DNA of 64,000 bases from the human T2T-CHM13v2.0 reference genome, Homo sapiens: assembly GCF_009914755.1 (NCBI RefSeq), contig NC_060926.1; one strand, 5' to 3'. Positions 45,101 through 57,240 of this stretch are shown piece after piece. The notes beneath the pieces were generated by a model. The model did no database searches. It had not been told where the DNA came from and was given only the letters and a program-made list of their open reading frames with translations. Position numbers and translations under genes: made by a program. Numbering within the stretch: the first letter of the stretch is position 1; each line of letters starts with the position of its first letter.

Positions 45101-45829
45101 ATGTCTCCCCCAGATGCCCAGCTTTAAAATTTCTCTCTTTTGTACTCTGTCCCTTTATTTCTCAAGCCGGCCGATGCTTAGGGAAAACAGAAAAGAACCT
45201 ATGTGACTATCGGGGCAGGTTCCCCGGTAGTCAATTAGTTCAACTATTGTGGAAGACAGTGTGGCAATTCCTCAAGGATCTAGAACTGGAAATACCATTT
45301 GACCCAGCGATCCCATTACTGGGTATACACCCAAAGGATTATAAGTCATTCTACTATAAAGACACATGCACACATATGTTTGTTGCAGCACTGTTCACAA
45401 TAGCAAAAACTTGGAACCCACCCAAATGCCCATCAATGATAGACTGGATTAAGAAACTGTGGCACATATACACCTTGGAATACTCTGCAGCCCTAAAAAA
45501 CAATGAGTTCTTGTACTTTGCAGGGACATAGATGAAGCTGGAAACCATCATTCTTAGCAAACTAACACAAGAACAGAAAACCAAACACCACATGTTCTCA
45601 CTCATAAGTGGGAGTTGAACAATGAGACCACATGGACACAGGGAGGGGAACATCACACACTGGGGCCTGTTGGGGGGAGGGAGGCTGGGGGAGGCATAGC
45701 ATGATAAATACCTAATGTAGATGACGGGTTCATTGGTGCAGCAAACCACCATGGCATATGTATACCTATGTAACAAACCTGCACGTTCTGCACATGTACC
45801 CCAGAACTTAAAGTATAATGAAAAAAAAA
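42159..45829 (+). mobile_element. 5'-truncated L1PA7-like LINE interrupted by MER11
   Basis: ORF2 RT pieces ([24 protein letters not shown]); 3'UTR CCTAATGTAGATGACGGG...CAAACCACCATGGC; poly(A). Confidence 0.92.
44163..45229 (+). mobile_element. MER11 solo LTR (HERV-K11 / HML-8)
   Basis: Starts TGTTGTGGGAAGTCAGGGACCCC; repeated ATTGTGAAGATTTCATG; ends GGCAGGTTCCCCGGTA; 6-bp TSD GTAAAT/GTCAAT; 1067 bp. Confidence 0.92.
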
Positions 45830-46287
45830 GCACTAAAGAAAATTTATGGAAACCTAGAATTCTATATCCAGACAAATAAACTTCAAAAATGAAGGCAAAA
45901 TAAGGACATTTCATATTATAAAGAAAATTTTTATTTACAGTTCCATGCTAAAAGAAATAATTAGAATTCAAAAGGTCAGATTATTGATTTAAACCCAAAT
46001 GTATAAGAAATTAGTTAAATCTGGACTCTGAGGTTCCCTTTTCAACTTGCAAAATATGTGCATGCAGCTTGAGTGAGAAATTAACCTTTGTTGTTTTAAG
46101 CCTGTGATTTAAGAGGAGTTTTTGAATCAAGTAACTAGCCTGTACTGACTTACAAACATTGGTGCATGTTTTTTTCCCCCTCATTGGATCACTTTTTTTT
46201 CCTGCCGTTTGTAAGTTATGCTCTATGCCTATGCTTTCAGTGATTACTCTAGTTTCTTAACTTGCATATTAACAAAGTTTCAAACTT

Positions 46288-46440
46288 TAAATTCTCAAAC
46301 TTTAAAATACATTCAAATAATCTGGGGATCTTGTTATAATGCAGATTCTGATTCAGCAGATCTGGGGTGGGGTCTGAGAATCTGGATTTCTAATAAGCTC
46401 CTGAGTGATGTCAAAGCTTCTGGAACAAGCTTGGAGTAGC
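46288..46440. mobile_element. MER5-type hAT transposon
   Basis: AATGCAGATTCTGATTCAGCAGATCTGGGGTGGGGTCTGAGAATCTG. Confidence 0.75.
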
Positions 46441-46499
46441 AAGGCATAAATTACTTAAATTGTCTTATCCTATCTTCCAACTAATATCTAGCTGTTGTC

Positions 46500-47900
46500 C
46501 CATATTTTAGTTGTATTTCCCCACAAATTAAACATGATTACTTTGACATAGTATTTGTTTGGATTAACTCACTATTCATAATTTCTTTGCTCACTATTCT
46601 TTCCTGCTTCTTCTTTTCTTTCTTTTAGAATTTCCTTTAGTGTAGACATGTTGGTGGTATACTTCATATTTTATCATGCCAAAAAATGTTTTAATTTTAT
46701 TCTCATTCTTGAAAAAATAATTGCATTGGGCATAACATTCAGGGCATTGCATTGTCTTCTCATGTCCATATATACTAATGTGAAATGAGTCGTCTGTTTA
46801 ATTGATATTTATGTGATGTGTTGGTGCTGTCTACTGGCTTTAAGGACTATTTTTCTTTGATGCTCATGGCTTCACTATAATATGTCTTTGTGTGAAGTTT
46901 ATTTCATATTTATTCTTTTTCGAATTAATTGGGCTTCTTGGATCTGAGAACTGGTGTCCTTCGTGGGTCTGGATAATTGTCAAACATAATGTCATTAAAT
47001 ATTGGCTCATTTTCATTCTATTATCTCCTTCTAAAACTATAACTAAATAATTGTTGGCTTTCCCCACTCTCTGCTCTGGCTCTTAATTTCTTTTTCCTAT
47101 TTTCTATCTCTTTGTCTTTCTGGGTCACATTTTTCACATTATCTTTTAAATCTATTTTCTAGGCCACTCAATGTTGTCTACTTTAATCTTCTATTTAACC
47201 TATCCAGTATGCTTTTAATTTCAACCGTTATAGCTCTTCATTTCTAATATTTTATTTGCTTCTTTAAAAAATATCCCTACAATTTAAAAATTACATTTAT
47301 TTTTTGTTTATATTTTTATGCTTCTCTATTTCTTCAAAGTAAATAAAGTTGTATATTCTCTGGTCATGACAATATCTGATATATTCAGTAACCTGACTCT
47401 CCTGCATTTCATTCAAGGTGCCTTGTTTCTGTGTGTTTTTCTATTTTTCAGTGAGTTGCTCATTTTCCTTGGAACTTTATCTGTGGGAATTCTTTGAAAC
47501 CTGGGTTGAATTACTATTCCTCTAGAAATGATTTGTGTTTGCTTCTGCCAGTTTCCTGGGGGGGCACTGCTGGCCTAGGACCACTTTAAATTAAATTGTC
47601 CATTTGAGATTTTTCAGACCTCACAGGTGGCATAAATTTGGATGGCAAACCTGTGAAGGGTCTGTGGAGGTTATAAAATCTCAGGATGAATTTTTCCCCT
47701 CCACTAGTGCCAATGCAGACTGTAAAGTTTCCCTGCTCTTCTATTCTTGGCAGTGGTTTATTTCTCATTCAACCTTCTACAAAGAGTATAGGCCAGTGGG
47801 ATTTCAACTTCATGCATGGGTCTCCTGTTAGACTCCCCACCTGGGGCAAGCCTGGCCATTTTGCCCTGTCCCCTGAATGCTATGCAGTTTTTATGATGCA
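46500..47900 (-). mobile_element. Old L1ME 5'/ORF1 fragment
   Basis: T-rich antisense L1 motifs TTCACTATAATATGTCT, GGGCTTCTTGGATCTG and TGTGGGAATTCTTTGA. Confidence 0.55.
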
Positions 47901-47967
47901 AAACTCTTTGTGTCTTGGACGTTGGAACACATTTGTCTTCCTTCTTCCTTTCCTTCAGATGCCTAGT

Positions 47968-48330
47968 TGCTGTGGTCTGAAGGTTTATGTTTCCTCCAAA
48001 TTCATTTGTTGAAATCTCAACCCCCAAACTGATGGTGTGGTATAAGGAGGTGGAGCCTTTCGGGGGTGATTAGGTCATAAGGGTGGAGTCCTAATGAATG
48101 GGGTTAGTGCCTTTGGAAAGAAGCCCCAGAGAGATCCCTCACTCCTTCTTCCATGTGAGATTATAGTGAAAAGATGGCCATCTAGGAAGAAGGGCTTCAC
48201 CAGACACCAAACTGACCAAATCCCTTGATCTCAGGCTTCCATCCTCTAGAACTGTGAGAAATACAATTCTGTTGTTTACATGTCAGCCAGTATATGGTAT
48301 TTTGTTACAGAGGTTCGAACAGACTAAGAT
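47968..48330 (+). mobile_element. MLT1A-like MaLR LTR
   Basis: TGCTGTGGTCTGAAGG...GGTGATTAGGTCAT...AGAACTGTGAGAAATA...GACTAAGA. Confidence 0.85.
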
Positions 48331-49879
48331 GCTTTGGAGACCCAAGGAGGCATTTGAGGAAGGTCTATTGTATGGTGAGAACACTTAGATACCTTCTACC
48401 TATTCCATGTCACCCCACACTGCTTTACATTTCTGGTCTAAGATTTTCATGGGAACATTACAAGGTGATGAAATCCATTTCAGTCTGTTCTCAACTAAAT
48501 CGCAATTATCAGGAAAATAGGGGCAATGCCTTAAGTATAATATGTTTTGCCAACACCTCCCTGCACAGTTCATAGCTTGTTATTTCCACGTAGTACCTTT
48601 TTATTACATGTCCAAAAGGACATTTAAAATGATTAACATTTACACTAACATTATTACTCATCTATCTGTTAAGATGTGGAAATAAATAAACAGAAATATT
48701 GAATTTATCTAACAACTGGTTAGTACTAGCTTGATCGTTTCTGTATTTGGGTACCTACAAACTCCCTGCAGAGACATCAAATTCAGTTTCACAACTATGT
48801 TTCAGAATGTTATACTCACCAGAGTTAAACTTCCCTCTCTGATTTTCTATTCTCAGCCATCCACCCAAACCGTAGATGGAATCAAAACTAGATAATCAAG
48901 TGGAAGAGATTGAAGATGTGTGTTCTGAGAATGTTCCCAGAGCATTCCCTGTGGTTGAGATCCACAGATATCGTTCATAACCTCATCATGCTGGGAGGGT
49001 GGTGGAGGCCCTCCTCAGGGCAGAAATTGAAGCCCAGAAAAAGGGTTGTGGTCAGTTCCAGCACAATTCTTTATCATGCTGAGGTCAGGCCAGTCAGGTC
49101 CTCCATAAGTCATGGGTTAGGCATGCGCTTTGGACCCAGGCCGCCCTCCAGCTGTCTCAAGAAGCCCGCTGGCTGGGCCCTCTGTCACTTTTCTCCAGCA
49201 GGCAGTCCACCAGGCCCCTCCTGCGCTGCTCATTCTTCTGCAGCTTGATGTCAGGTCCCGATGGATGGCTTGAACCCTGTGTTGACCCACTATATATCCG
49301 AACTCCCCCTTCCTCTATCCTGACAACATTTTACCACCACCAAATTTCTCAGGGTGAGTGCCAAAATAATTCTAGATGTAAAGAAACAACATTTTGGAAT
49401 CATTGTAAATTTATCTCTGGTGATACTTAAAATTCATGTTATTTCAGAATAAAGGGAGGAAATGGACACTCAGGGGCTGCTTCCACAGTGTTTCTTTTTA
49501 TTGGCCGTCGTCTCCAAAATCTCTGATTTATTGAAAGTCCCTCTACTCATCTATTTCATATCCTTAGGGATGGTGCTGTTCTCTTCTTTCCAGCCTTCCT
49601 GGGAGATGATTTTTTCCCCCTACTTTTTATTTCTTGTTAAATCTGGGAAGCTTTTCTTCTCTCATTCCAACCCACATTCTTTTCTTCCTGTTCTTTGTTG
49701 CTGCATGCTAGTAAAATGGGAAAAGTGTTTCTTCTACCCAGTGAAATGTTCTAATGGCTTAGAAGACAGACTCCAGTATGGAAATCAAGTTTTGGGCAGT
49801 TTATTTTCAAGACCCTGGTTCTGTTTGTCACACCACCCCTCCCTTTTTTAAAGAGTTCAGCATGATTAAATGGAGTTAG

Positions 49880-50110
49880 CTAGCCTGGGCTTGGGAACCC
49901 ATAATCTAGATTCTGTTCCTTGCTCTGTCATTAAACCAACTGTGTGGTTTAGGTCAGATTATTTGTTTATTTGGTTAGTCAGTTTTCTTATCTGTAAAGT
50001 GTGTAAATTAGTACCTACCTTATGTGGAAGTTTTGAGCATTAGAGATGTTATTGAATTTAGACCAGTGCCTTACAAATAGAAAGGACCCAATAAATGTTA
50101 ACAATTATTA
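49880..50110 (+). mobile_element. MIR
   Basis: CAGTTTTCTTATCTGTAAAGT...AGTACCTACCT. Confidence 0.65.
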
Positions 50111-51457
50111 TTATTGTTTATTCATATATTCACTCAAAAAACATTAACTGTGTGATTGAAATTGTGGCAATGGTGATACCTCATGATTACAGTAACTTGG
50201 AGGTGCCCCAGGGCCCTGCCTGAAGCACTCATTGCTCTGAAAGGAGGGTGATTTTCTACTAACATAGTCAAATGCCTTGAAGTTCTGAGCCAAATGACCA
50301 TGAAGCTTCTCTTGTTTAAAACACCACGACCCCCCAACCCTCAGACCTAGTAAGGAATTCCTATGTCGTTAGTTCCCCTCATGTATTGCTTCTGAGGCTC
50401 TTAGGCCAGTGTGTCTGGGAAAGTTTCAGGCTGGAGGCATCAAGGAGTATTAATGTGCAGATGTAGGATCTGTCAAGAATACGAGCTGTGGTGCAACAAA
50501 AACCACCTGTGTGGCTTGTGATGTTTTGAAACAGAGTGCCGGAGAGAAGGGGCCCAGGGCCAAGAAAGGAAAACGGAGCTGTGGATTTGTGTGCAGCTCA
50601 GAGCAAAGCTTAAGAGCAGGAGGCGGAGGAAACTGGTGGTACTGCCACTGCCCCACCCCCCTGCCGATGTCGGTGTTGCATTTGTATGACTGATGGGCAG
50701 TGCATACATAGGAGAGAATGGGAAAGTTCAGTGTCACCTTTGAAACTTAGAGGATGAGTTATCTCAAGGAGTGACTCCCCCATACCACTTACATCAGAAC
50801 ATAATAAAAAGTTTCCAAACAGTAACACAAAGCCATCCACGACTCGCCAGGACCTAAGCTGCATGTCCTTCAGACCTTGGGAACAGTAAATCTGGAAGGC
50901 AAGCAGTTAGCCTCCCAATTAGAGAACACTAGCAACGGCCATCTCCCACTACTCTTCTGAGCTTGCCAAAATCACAACAAGGATGCTGCCACAGGCTTGG
51001 GAGCAGAGCCACTGAAAACAGGCAGCCTAGTGCCCACTGGTGGCTCCGCTTCCATGGGCTGGAAAATGAGCGGCAGACTGATTGGCTGGGCTGTCCTATT
51101 TCCCTCACTGAGAGAGAACCTTTGCCAAAGCAGGCCTCATGGCTCTACTGATTGCTTTTCAGAGCCATGAGTTAAAACATGGTTTTTCTGTTCCTAATTT
51201 ATGCCATGAGAGCCTGGAGTGCGACTTAACTGGGAGCTCCGCGATGGTGGAAAAGCAGCTACTGAGGTCCTCGGTGCTGGCAGAATCCTGGAGCCAGCAA
51301 CTGCAGGTCAAAGGGCTGCAAAAACATGGTTTGCTGAATGAAGGGTGAGCCTACAAAATAGTTTCCCACCAAGTGACACAGGAATACGTCCAGCAATGTC
51401 AGGAGCAGGAATATATTGTGGACATTATCCAGACCAGCTTTCCCACCTACAGTGCTA

Positions 51458-51700
51458 TCAACGTCCATTCTCCCAACACTGCAGCATTTCCTTCACATCT
51501 CTCCTAACCTGCATGAGGCCCTCCAATGCCCCCAGCTTTCTGTCCACCGCAAGGGCAATCTCATCTGATTTCCTGCACTGGTTGATGAAAACCCATATAG
51601 GCAGGAGAGAAGGAGCAGGGTGGGGAGTGTAGACAGCACCTGATGAGAAGCAAGAACTCCCCACCTGTGACTGGGGTGAAGAATTGAAGATAGCACAAAC
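51458..51700 (-). mobile_element. Possible ancient CR1/L3 reverse-transcriptase fragment
   Basis: VFINQ...LAVDRKLG..LEG..QVRRDV..MLQCWEN aligns by eye to the CR1-type IFINDL...FADDTKLG...LEG...LQRDL..L..WAE. Confidence 0.4.
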
Positions 51701-51889
51701 TGTAGCATTTAGCTGGAATGTAAGTACATCGATGGAGAGATGCATTACAAGTATTTTTTGGTCTGACATGAACAATTAGCAACACAGCGGTCTTGAGAAA
51801 ATGCAAAATTGTACTGTGAAGAAAATTTATCTGTTTGCTTAAGTGGAATATTTGCTTTTGCTGAGAGAGAGAAGCCTGTTTTCTCCCTT

Positions 51890-52640
51890 GGATGTGCTAA
51901 TTTTAAATGATATTGATTGTATTATTTCATTTGTGTCTCACAACAATTCTGTGGAGTAAGCACGGAAGATTATATCATGTTCATATTTCAAAGGAGTGAA
52001 TTGTAATGTTCAAACCCATGTACATCAAATTAGCAGAATTGGATTCTGACCCCCTTTTTCTGACTTCAAACCTTGTGTTCTTTTCATTTGAGCTCATATT
52101 TATTTTTATTTACTTAGATGCCTAAACCCCAGGTGTTCCTAAAATAAAACATAATAAATGCTTATTTTAGACACAGGAATATTTTGTGTGGGTGCTTGTG
52201 TGCATATGTTTATTTTTCTATTTTTAAGGCACATTTAACATTATTTGGTTTCACTCAAGCTATATAAAATGAGGAGGACTTCTAGCATCCCTCTTGAGTA
52301 AAGAGATACTAAATATATTTGAAAGTAATCTACTTGAAAGGAAATAAAAGCATAAAGAACATCTGATTTCTAAGCAATATTTCTTCAAGCTATGCTTTCA
52401 TTATTTTAGGAGAAGGAGAATAACAAGCTAAAGTAAGAATCGTCTCAAATTATTGTAATCTGTTCTTGAGAGCTGTGTGCTGTGGAATGATTACTGGATT
52501 AAGAGAGGTTTTTGTTTGGCTCTAACTAGCTGTGTGGCCAAAACGAACTGGCCAAATATTTGTCTGTCTCAAAAGTTCAGTTTCCTTACCTTCAAAATCA
52601 AGAGATGGACTTAAAGATTGCAAATGAATTGTTGTGAACC
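51890..52640. mobile_element. MIR fragments
   Basis: ATTTCATTTGTGTCTCACAACAATTCTG; CAGTTTCCTTACCTTCAAAAT. Confidence 0.55.
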
Positions 52641-52847
52641 TCCCTGAGGTTCCTAAACCAAGAAAGTATTTAAAGTACTGAGTTACAGCTTCAGTTCAAT
52701 AGGCATTTATTGAGAACCTACTTCCTCTGCATGTTTCAGGCAGCATGTTACACTCTGGAGTTTCAGGGATAAAAACCCATCTCTTTCTCTGGTTGGTTTC
52801 TATGGGATTGAATTTTAACCCACCATCTGTGTTTCTGTGCTATTTCT

Positions 52848-53248
52848 TTGTATTAGGATAGCCTAGGTTATACTGCAGTGACAACACCCAAATCTTGACA
52901 GCTTATCACAAGAAAGTTTGTGTTGACTCCACACAGTTCACAAAAGATCCAGATGAATCTACAGAACCTATCTTCCATGTGGCACTTCCATAATTCAGAG
53001 TATTCCTGTCTACGTTCTTAATAGGAGACTTCCACACTTGCAGAAACAGGGAAAACAAGTCCATTGTTATTTCACGTTTTCTCTTCTGAGCTCTGTTCTG
53101 GAAGCAACATATGTCAATTCTCACAGTCCCTTGGCCACTGTCACATGACTCCACTTAACTGTAAAGATATCTTGGAAATGAAGTCTATCTTGTCTCCAAA
53201 AATAAGAAGACAAATTGAGATTTGTGACCACTAGTAAGGCCTACCACA
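52848..53248 (-). mobile_element. Old MLT1 (J/K-like) LTR
   Basis: TGTATTAGGATAGCCTAGGTTATACTGCAGTGACAAC...CCTTGGCCACTGTCACATG...CCTACCACA. Confidence 0.6.
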
Positions 53249-53693
53249 TTGTATCTATATGAGAGTCACGGGAAGAGGCTATAGGCAACCAAACAGTAGC
53301 AGAGTAAGAACCAAAAGAACACATGGTTGGAATTGGAACAGTTTATGAATTCATGTGGGCTGAAATGGTCAGGGAGGCAAAGCTAAGCTGGATCTTGAAA
53401 CATGAGGAGGGGCTGGAAAGAGGAAGGGGAGTTCCAGATAGGACAGGACACACAGGTTGGTTTCAGGGAAAAGAACAAAGCAGGTGAGTGATCTTCAGGT
53501 CCACTTAGATTAATGATTCAGCATAGACTGCATTTTTACTAGTGCTAAATTATGCAAAAGAAATCAAGAAATGAAAGTAGGTCAGGAGACAGCAAAAATC
53601 TTATGTGGAGATGTATCCATACAAGACTTCAGTGAACATGGATTGCCTGGGAAAGCTCTGATGAACCATCTTTAGGGTATTGATGGCTTCCTC

Positions 53694-53860
53694 TTTTTTT
53701 TTTTTTTGAGATGGGGTTTTTCTCTATCACCTAGGCTGGCATGCAGTGGCATGCGATTACTGAACTCACTGCAGCTTCAAACACCTGGCCTCAAGGAATC
53801 CTCCCGCCTCAGCTTCTCAAAGTGCGCTGGGATTACAGGCATTACGCACCATGCCTGGCC
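53694..53860 (-). mobile_element. Alu monomer (FRAM/AluJ)
   Basis: Poly-T then GAGATGGGG...CTCACTGCAGCTTCAAAC...GGGATTACAGGC. Confidence 0.8.
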
Positions 53861-53959
53861 TATTGATGCCTTCTTGAAAGGTGTTTCCAGTAAGCCAGAA
53901 GGATGCCAAATGTGCCCATCAACCTATTTGGCCAACTCTTAGAGAATCTGTTTTTTTTT

Positions 53960-54552
53960 TTTTTTTTATTTTGAGTCAGGGTTATTGGAGTATAATTTAC
54001 ATTCAATAAAATTTACCCCTTTTATGAATAAAGTCCTATGGTTTTTAATAAAATGCATGCAATCACGTGACCACCAGATCGTTGAAGATAGTGAATATTT
54101 CTATCACTTAAAAAAGTTCCCTTACCCTTCTTTGCAGTTAATATACTTTTTTCACACCCAGCCCTGGCTACCGCTGTTCTATATCCTTATATTTTGCCTC
54201 TTCTACAATATCGTATAAGGGGAATCATACAGTATGCGAATTTTTGAATGTGGCTTCTTTCATTTAGAATAATGCATTTGTGGTTCATCCGTATTGTCAC
54301 ATGCATCAGTAATTCACTTCATTTTATTGCTAAATACTATTCCATTGAACGGATGTTCCAGTGTGTTTATCCATTCACCAGATGAAAGACATTTGGGTTG
54401 TTTCCAGTTTTTGGCAATTATGAATAAAGCTGCAATAAACTTTTCCATCCAGATTTTTATGTGAGCATATATTTTCATTTCTCTTGGGTAAATACCTAGG
54501 AGTGGGATTGCTAGGTCAAATAGCAAGTGTATGTTTAACTTTCTTATTGCCA
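53960..54552 (-). mobile_element. L1MB/L1ME 3' end
   Basis: Minus ORF FDLAIPLLGIYPREMK...ALFIIAKNWKQPKC. Confidence 0.85.
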
Positions 54553-54639
54553 GACGGAATTCCAGAGCAGCACAGCTTTCCTTTTAATTCCAGCTGCTGC
54601 TTGCTCTCATGATGCACTGAGGAAGTTTTTAAAGGTAAT

Positions 54640-55090
54640 GATATCTAATCCTCTTATATTCACAAATTTCACAATTTACTGAGCACCTTCTATGCAGTGT
54701 TTTATGTGATTCTTGTAGCATCAGAATGGGAATGATGTCAGATTCAGAGTCAAATGACCTGGACTAGGCTATTCCAACCTTACAGAAATACTTCAACTTT
54801 TTAGGGCCTCAAATTCTTTATTTGAATAATGGAAATGATACTCATAAGGCCATTATGGGGAACATTGTGATCAAGAACTTAGATTTTAATGCCAGTCTTG
54901 TGTTTGACTTCTAGCTCTGCCACTTATTGTCTGTTATGTCAGGCAAGTTGTTTAATGTATCTGAGCTTCATATAAAATGAGAATAACAATAATTATTTAC
55001 TGGATTATCATAACAATTAAATGAGATATGTGTTAAGCACTTAAAAGAGTAATCCCTGTGGGATAAATGCTTCATAAATAACTGCTATGG
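54640..55090. mobile_element. MIR fragments
   Basis: CTAGCTCTGCCACTTA...GGCAAGTTGTTTAA...TAAAATGAGAATAACAAT. Confidence 0.6.
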
Positions 55091-55173
55091 TTATTATTGA
55101 CAGTATTATTGCTATAGAGATGGTATGCCTGAGAGCATTCTGCAGACTGAAAGGTACTATATGAAAGCAAACC

Positions 55174-55475
55174 AGCCAGGCGCGGTGGCTCACACCTGTA
55201 ATCCCAGCACTTTGGGAGGTCGAGGTAGGTGGACCACCTGAGGTCAGGGGTTTGAGACCAGCCTCGCCAACATGGTGAAACCCCATCTCTACTAAACATA
55301 CAAAAATTAGCCAGGTGTGGTGGCACGTGCCTGTAATCCCAGCTACTCAGGAGGCTGAAGCAAGAGAATCACTTTAACTCGGGAGGCGGAAGTTGCAGTG
55401 AGCCAGGGTCACACCACTGCACTTCAGCCTGGGCAACAGAGTGAGACTTCGTGTCAAAGAAAAAAAATAAAGTAA
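55174..55475 (+). mobile_element. AluSx/Sz
   Basis: Full dimer with A-rich tail. Confidence 0.92.
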
Positions 55476-55619
55476 AATGAAGAAAAACCATCTGGCATAT
55501 TAGGATTCAATATATACAATATTAGTGACACTGTCAGTCATGATACTTCAAATTTACTTGGACTCTATTTCCAGAACTCTATCTGGCTCATAGTATCACC
55601 TCTTTAGAATCTTTCAAGG

Positions 55620-55778
55620 CATAGCTGAGAATGGTGGTATGTGCTTATAGTCCCAGCTACTTGGGAGGCTGACTGGGAAGATGGCTGAAGCCTAAGAGTT
55701 TGAGACCAGCCTGGACAACATAGCAAAACCCTGTCTCAAACAACAACAAAACCACAGACACAAAAAAACAAAAAACAA
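55620..55778 (+). mobile_element. FLAM Alu monomer
   Basis: TAGTCCCAGCTACTTGGGAGGCTG...GAGTTTGAGACCAGCCTGGACAACATAGCAAAACCCTGTCTC. Confidence 0.8.
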
Positions 55779-56309
55779 GGTCGGGGCAGGGGTGGAACTT
55801 TTAAAATAATTTGTCCTGTGAATAGAGCTTGCAAAGCTATAATACCATGCCCTTGTTTTTCCTCATTCCTTACTGTCTGATTTCGCATTCATTAAGATAG
55901 AATATGATGGCCATGAAGGAAGAGAACTCAGCATTAATGTCATAACTCATCTAAAAACACGTTGTCTAGGGATCACCTGAGCTAAGGCATTTTGCGGGGG
56001 GGGGGCGCATTATTGGAACCCTTTTCTTCAGGATGTTTGTCCTGCTCATGATGTCACCAAGACCGTACTTGGAGTGTGGCATTATAGTTATCAAGGCCAG
56101 TTCTCTAACCTGGATGACCCTTAGGGGCTTGAATTGAGGTATATGGATTTTTTGTTATGTGCTTGTTAAAAGTGGCTCTAAATGTGCACACACATTCAGT
56201 GCTGAAGGACAATTTGGAGTTGCCAGCCTGTTGCTGCCTGACTAATTAAAAGAACTGGGCACATGTTGCTCACATCATTAGATGAAACTTGGTCACACAT
56301 CTTCTATGG

Positions 56310-56950
56310 ATTTGTTTATTTTTAAATTTTATTTTGAAGTAGCTTCAGCCTAGCAGAAAGTTTGCAAAAATATTACTGAAAACTTCTGTATACAATTTAC
56401 CAAGATTCATCAGTTTTTAACATTTCACCGTATTTGCTTTATTACAATCTTTTAATATATGTGCGTACATGTGTGCACACTCATGCATGTGCATATTTTG
56501 TAATTTTTCTGAACTATTTGAGAATAGTTTACATATATTGTACTCCTTTACCTTTTAAGATCTTCATATGTATTTTCTAAAATAAAAAGTTACAAACTTA
56601 TGTAACCACTGTACAGTTACCAAATTTAGGAAATGTAACAATAATACATTTTTTATTGCATCTGCATTGCATATTCCGTTTTGTCAATTGCACCAGTCAT
56701 GCCCTTAATATCCTTTTTCCCTCCATTACTATATTTCTGTCATCCTTCTTCCACAGTGAGAGTCTTGGCTCGCAATGACATCAACACATTTACTCTATTC
56801 TACAATAGCAAAATTAGTTTTAGAATTGCTGAACCCAAATGACTATATATTAAAAACATACTCGGGAGTTGCAGATTTGTTTTAGTTCAATTTCCTAGAC
56901 TGAAGTAATATATTAACAATAATGTCTTCTATAGTTGCTTGCATTCATTT
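56310..56950 (-). mobile_element. L1MC 3' end
   Basis: AGAAAGTTTGCAAAAATA...TTTCTGAACTATTTGAGAATAG. Confidence 0.6.
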
Positions 56951-56979
56951 TATTTTTTCTTCAGTATGATTATTTTCTT

Positions 56980-57240
56980 TTTCTTTTTTTTAAATTTTAC
57001 CTTAAGTTCCGGGATGCAAGTGCAGAATATGTAGGTTTGTTACATAGGTATACTTGTGCCATGATGGTTTGCTGCACCTATCAACCCGTCAATCTAGGTT
57101 TTAAGCCCTGCATGTATTAGCTATTTGTCCTAAGCTCTCCCTCCCCTCTCACCCCAGCCGCCGACTGGCCCCGGTGTGTATTGTTCCCCTCCCTGTGTCC
57201 ATGTGTTCTCATTGTTCAACTTCCACTTATGAGTGAGAAC
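56980..57240 (-). mobile_element. Short 5'-truncated L1PA (PA8-10-like) 3' end
   Basis: L1PA 3'UTR; TSD ATTATTTTCTT at 56969-56979 and 57241-57251. Confidence 0.88.

Noticed and set aside
45031-45914. 166-aa and 186-aa ORFs as novel genes
   Set aside because: Chance read-through across MER11/L1 junctions and the L1 antisense strand.
49000-49280. Ferritin light chain pseudogene or CARD-domain exon
   Set aside because: Only scattered short word matches; no collinear alignment could be built by eye.
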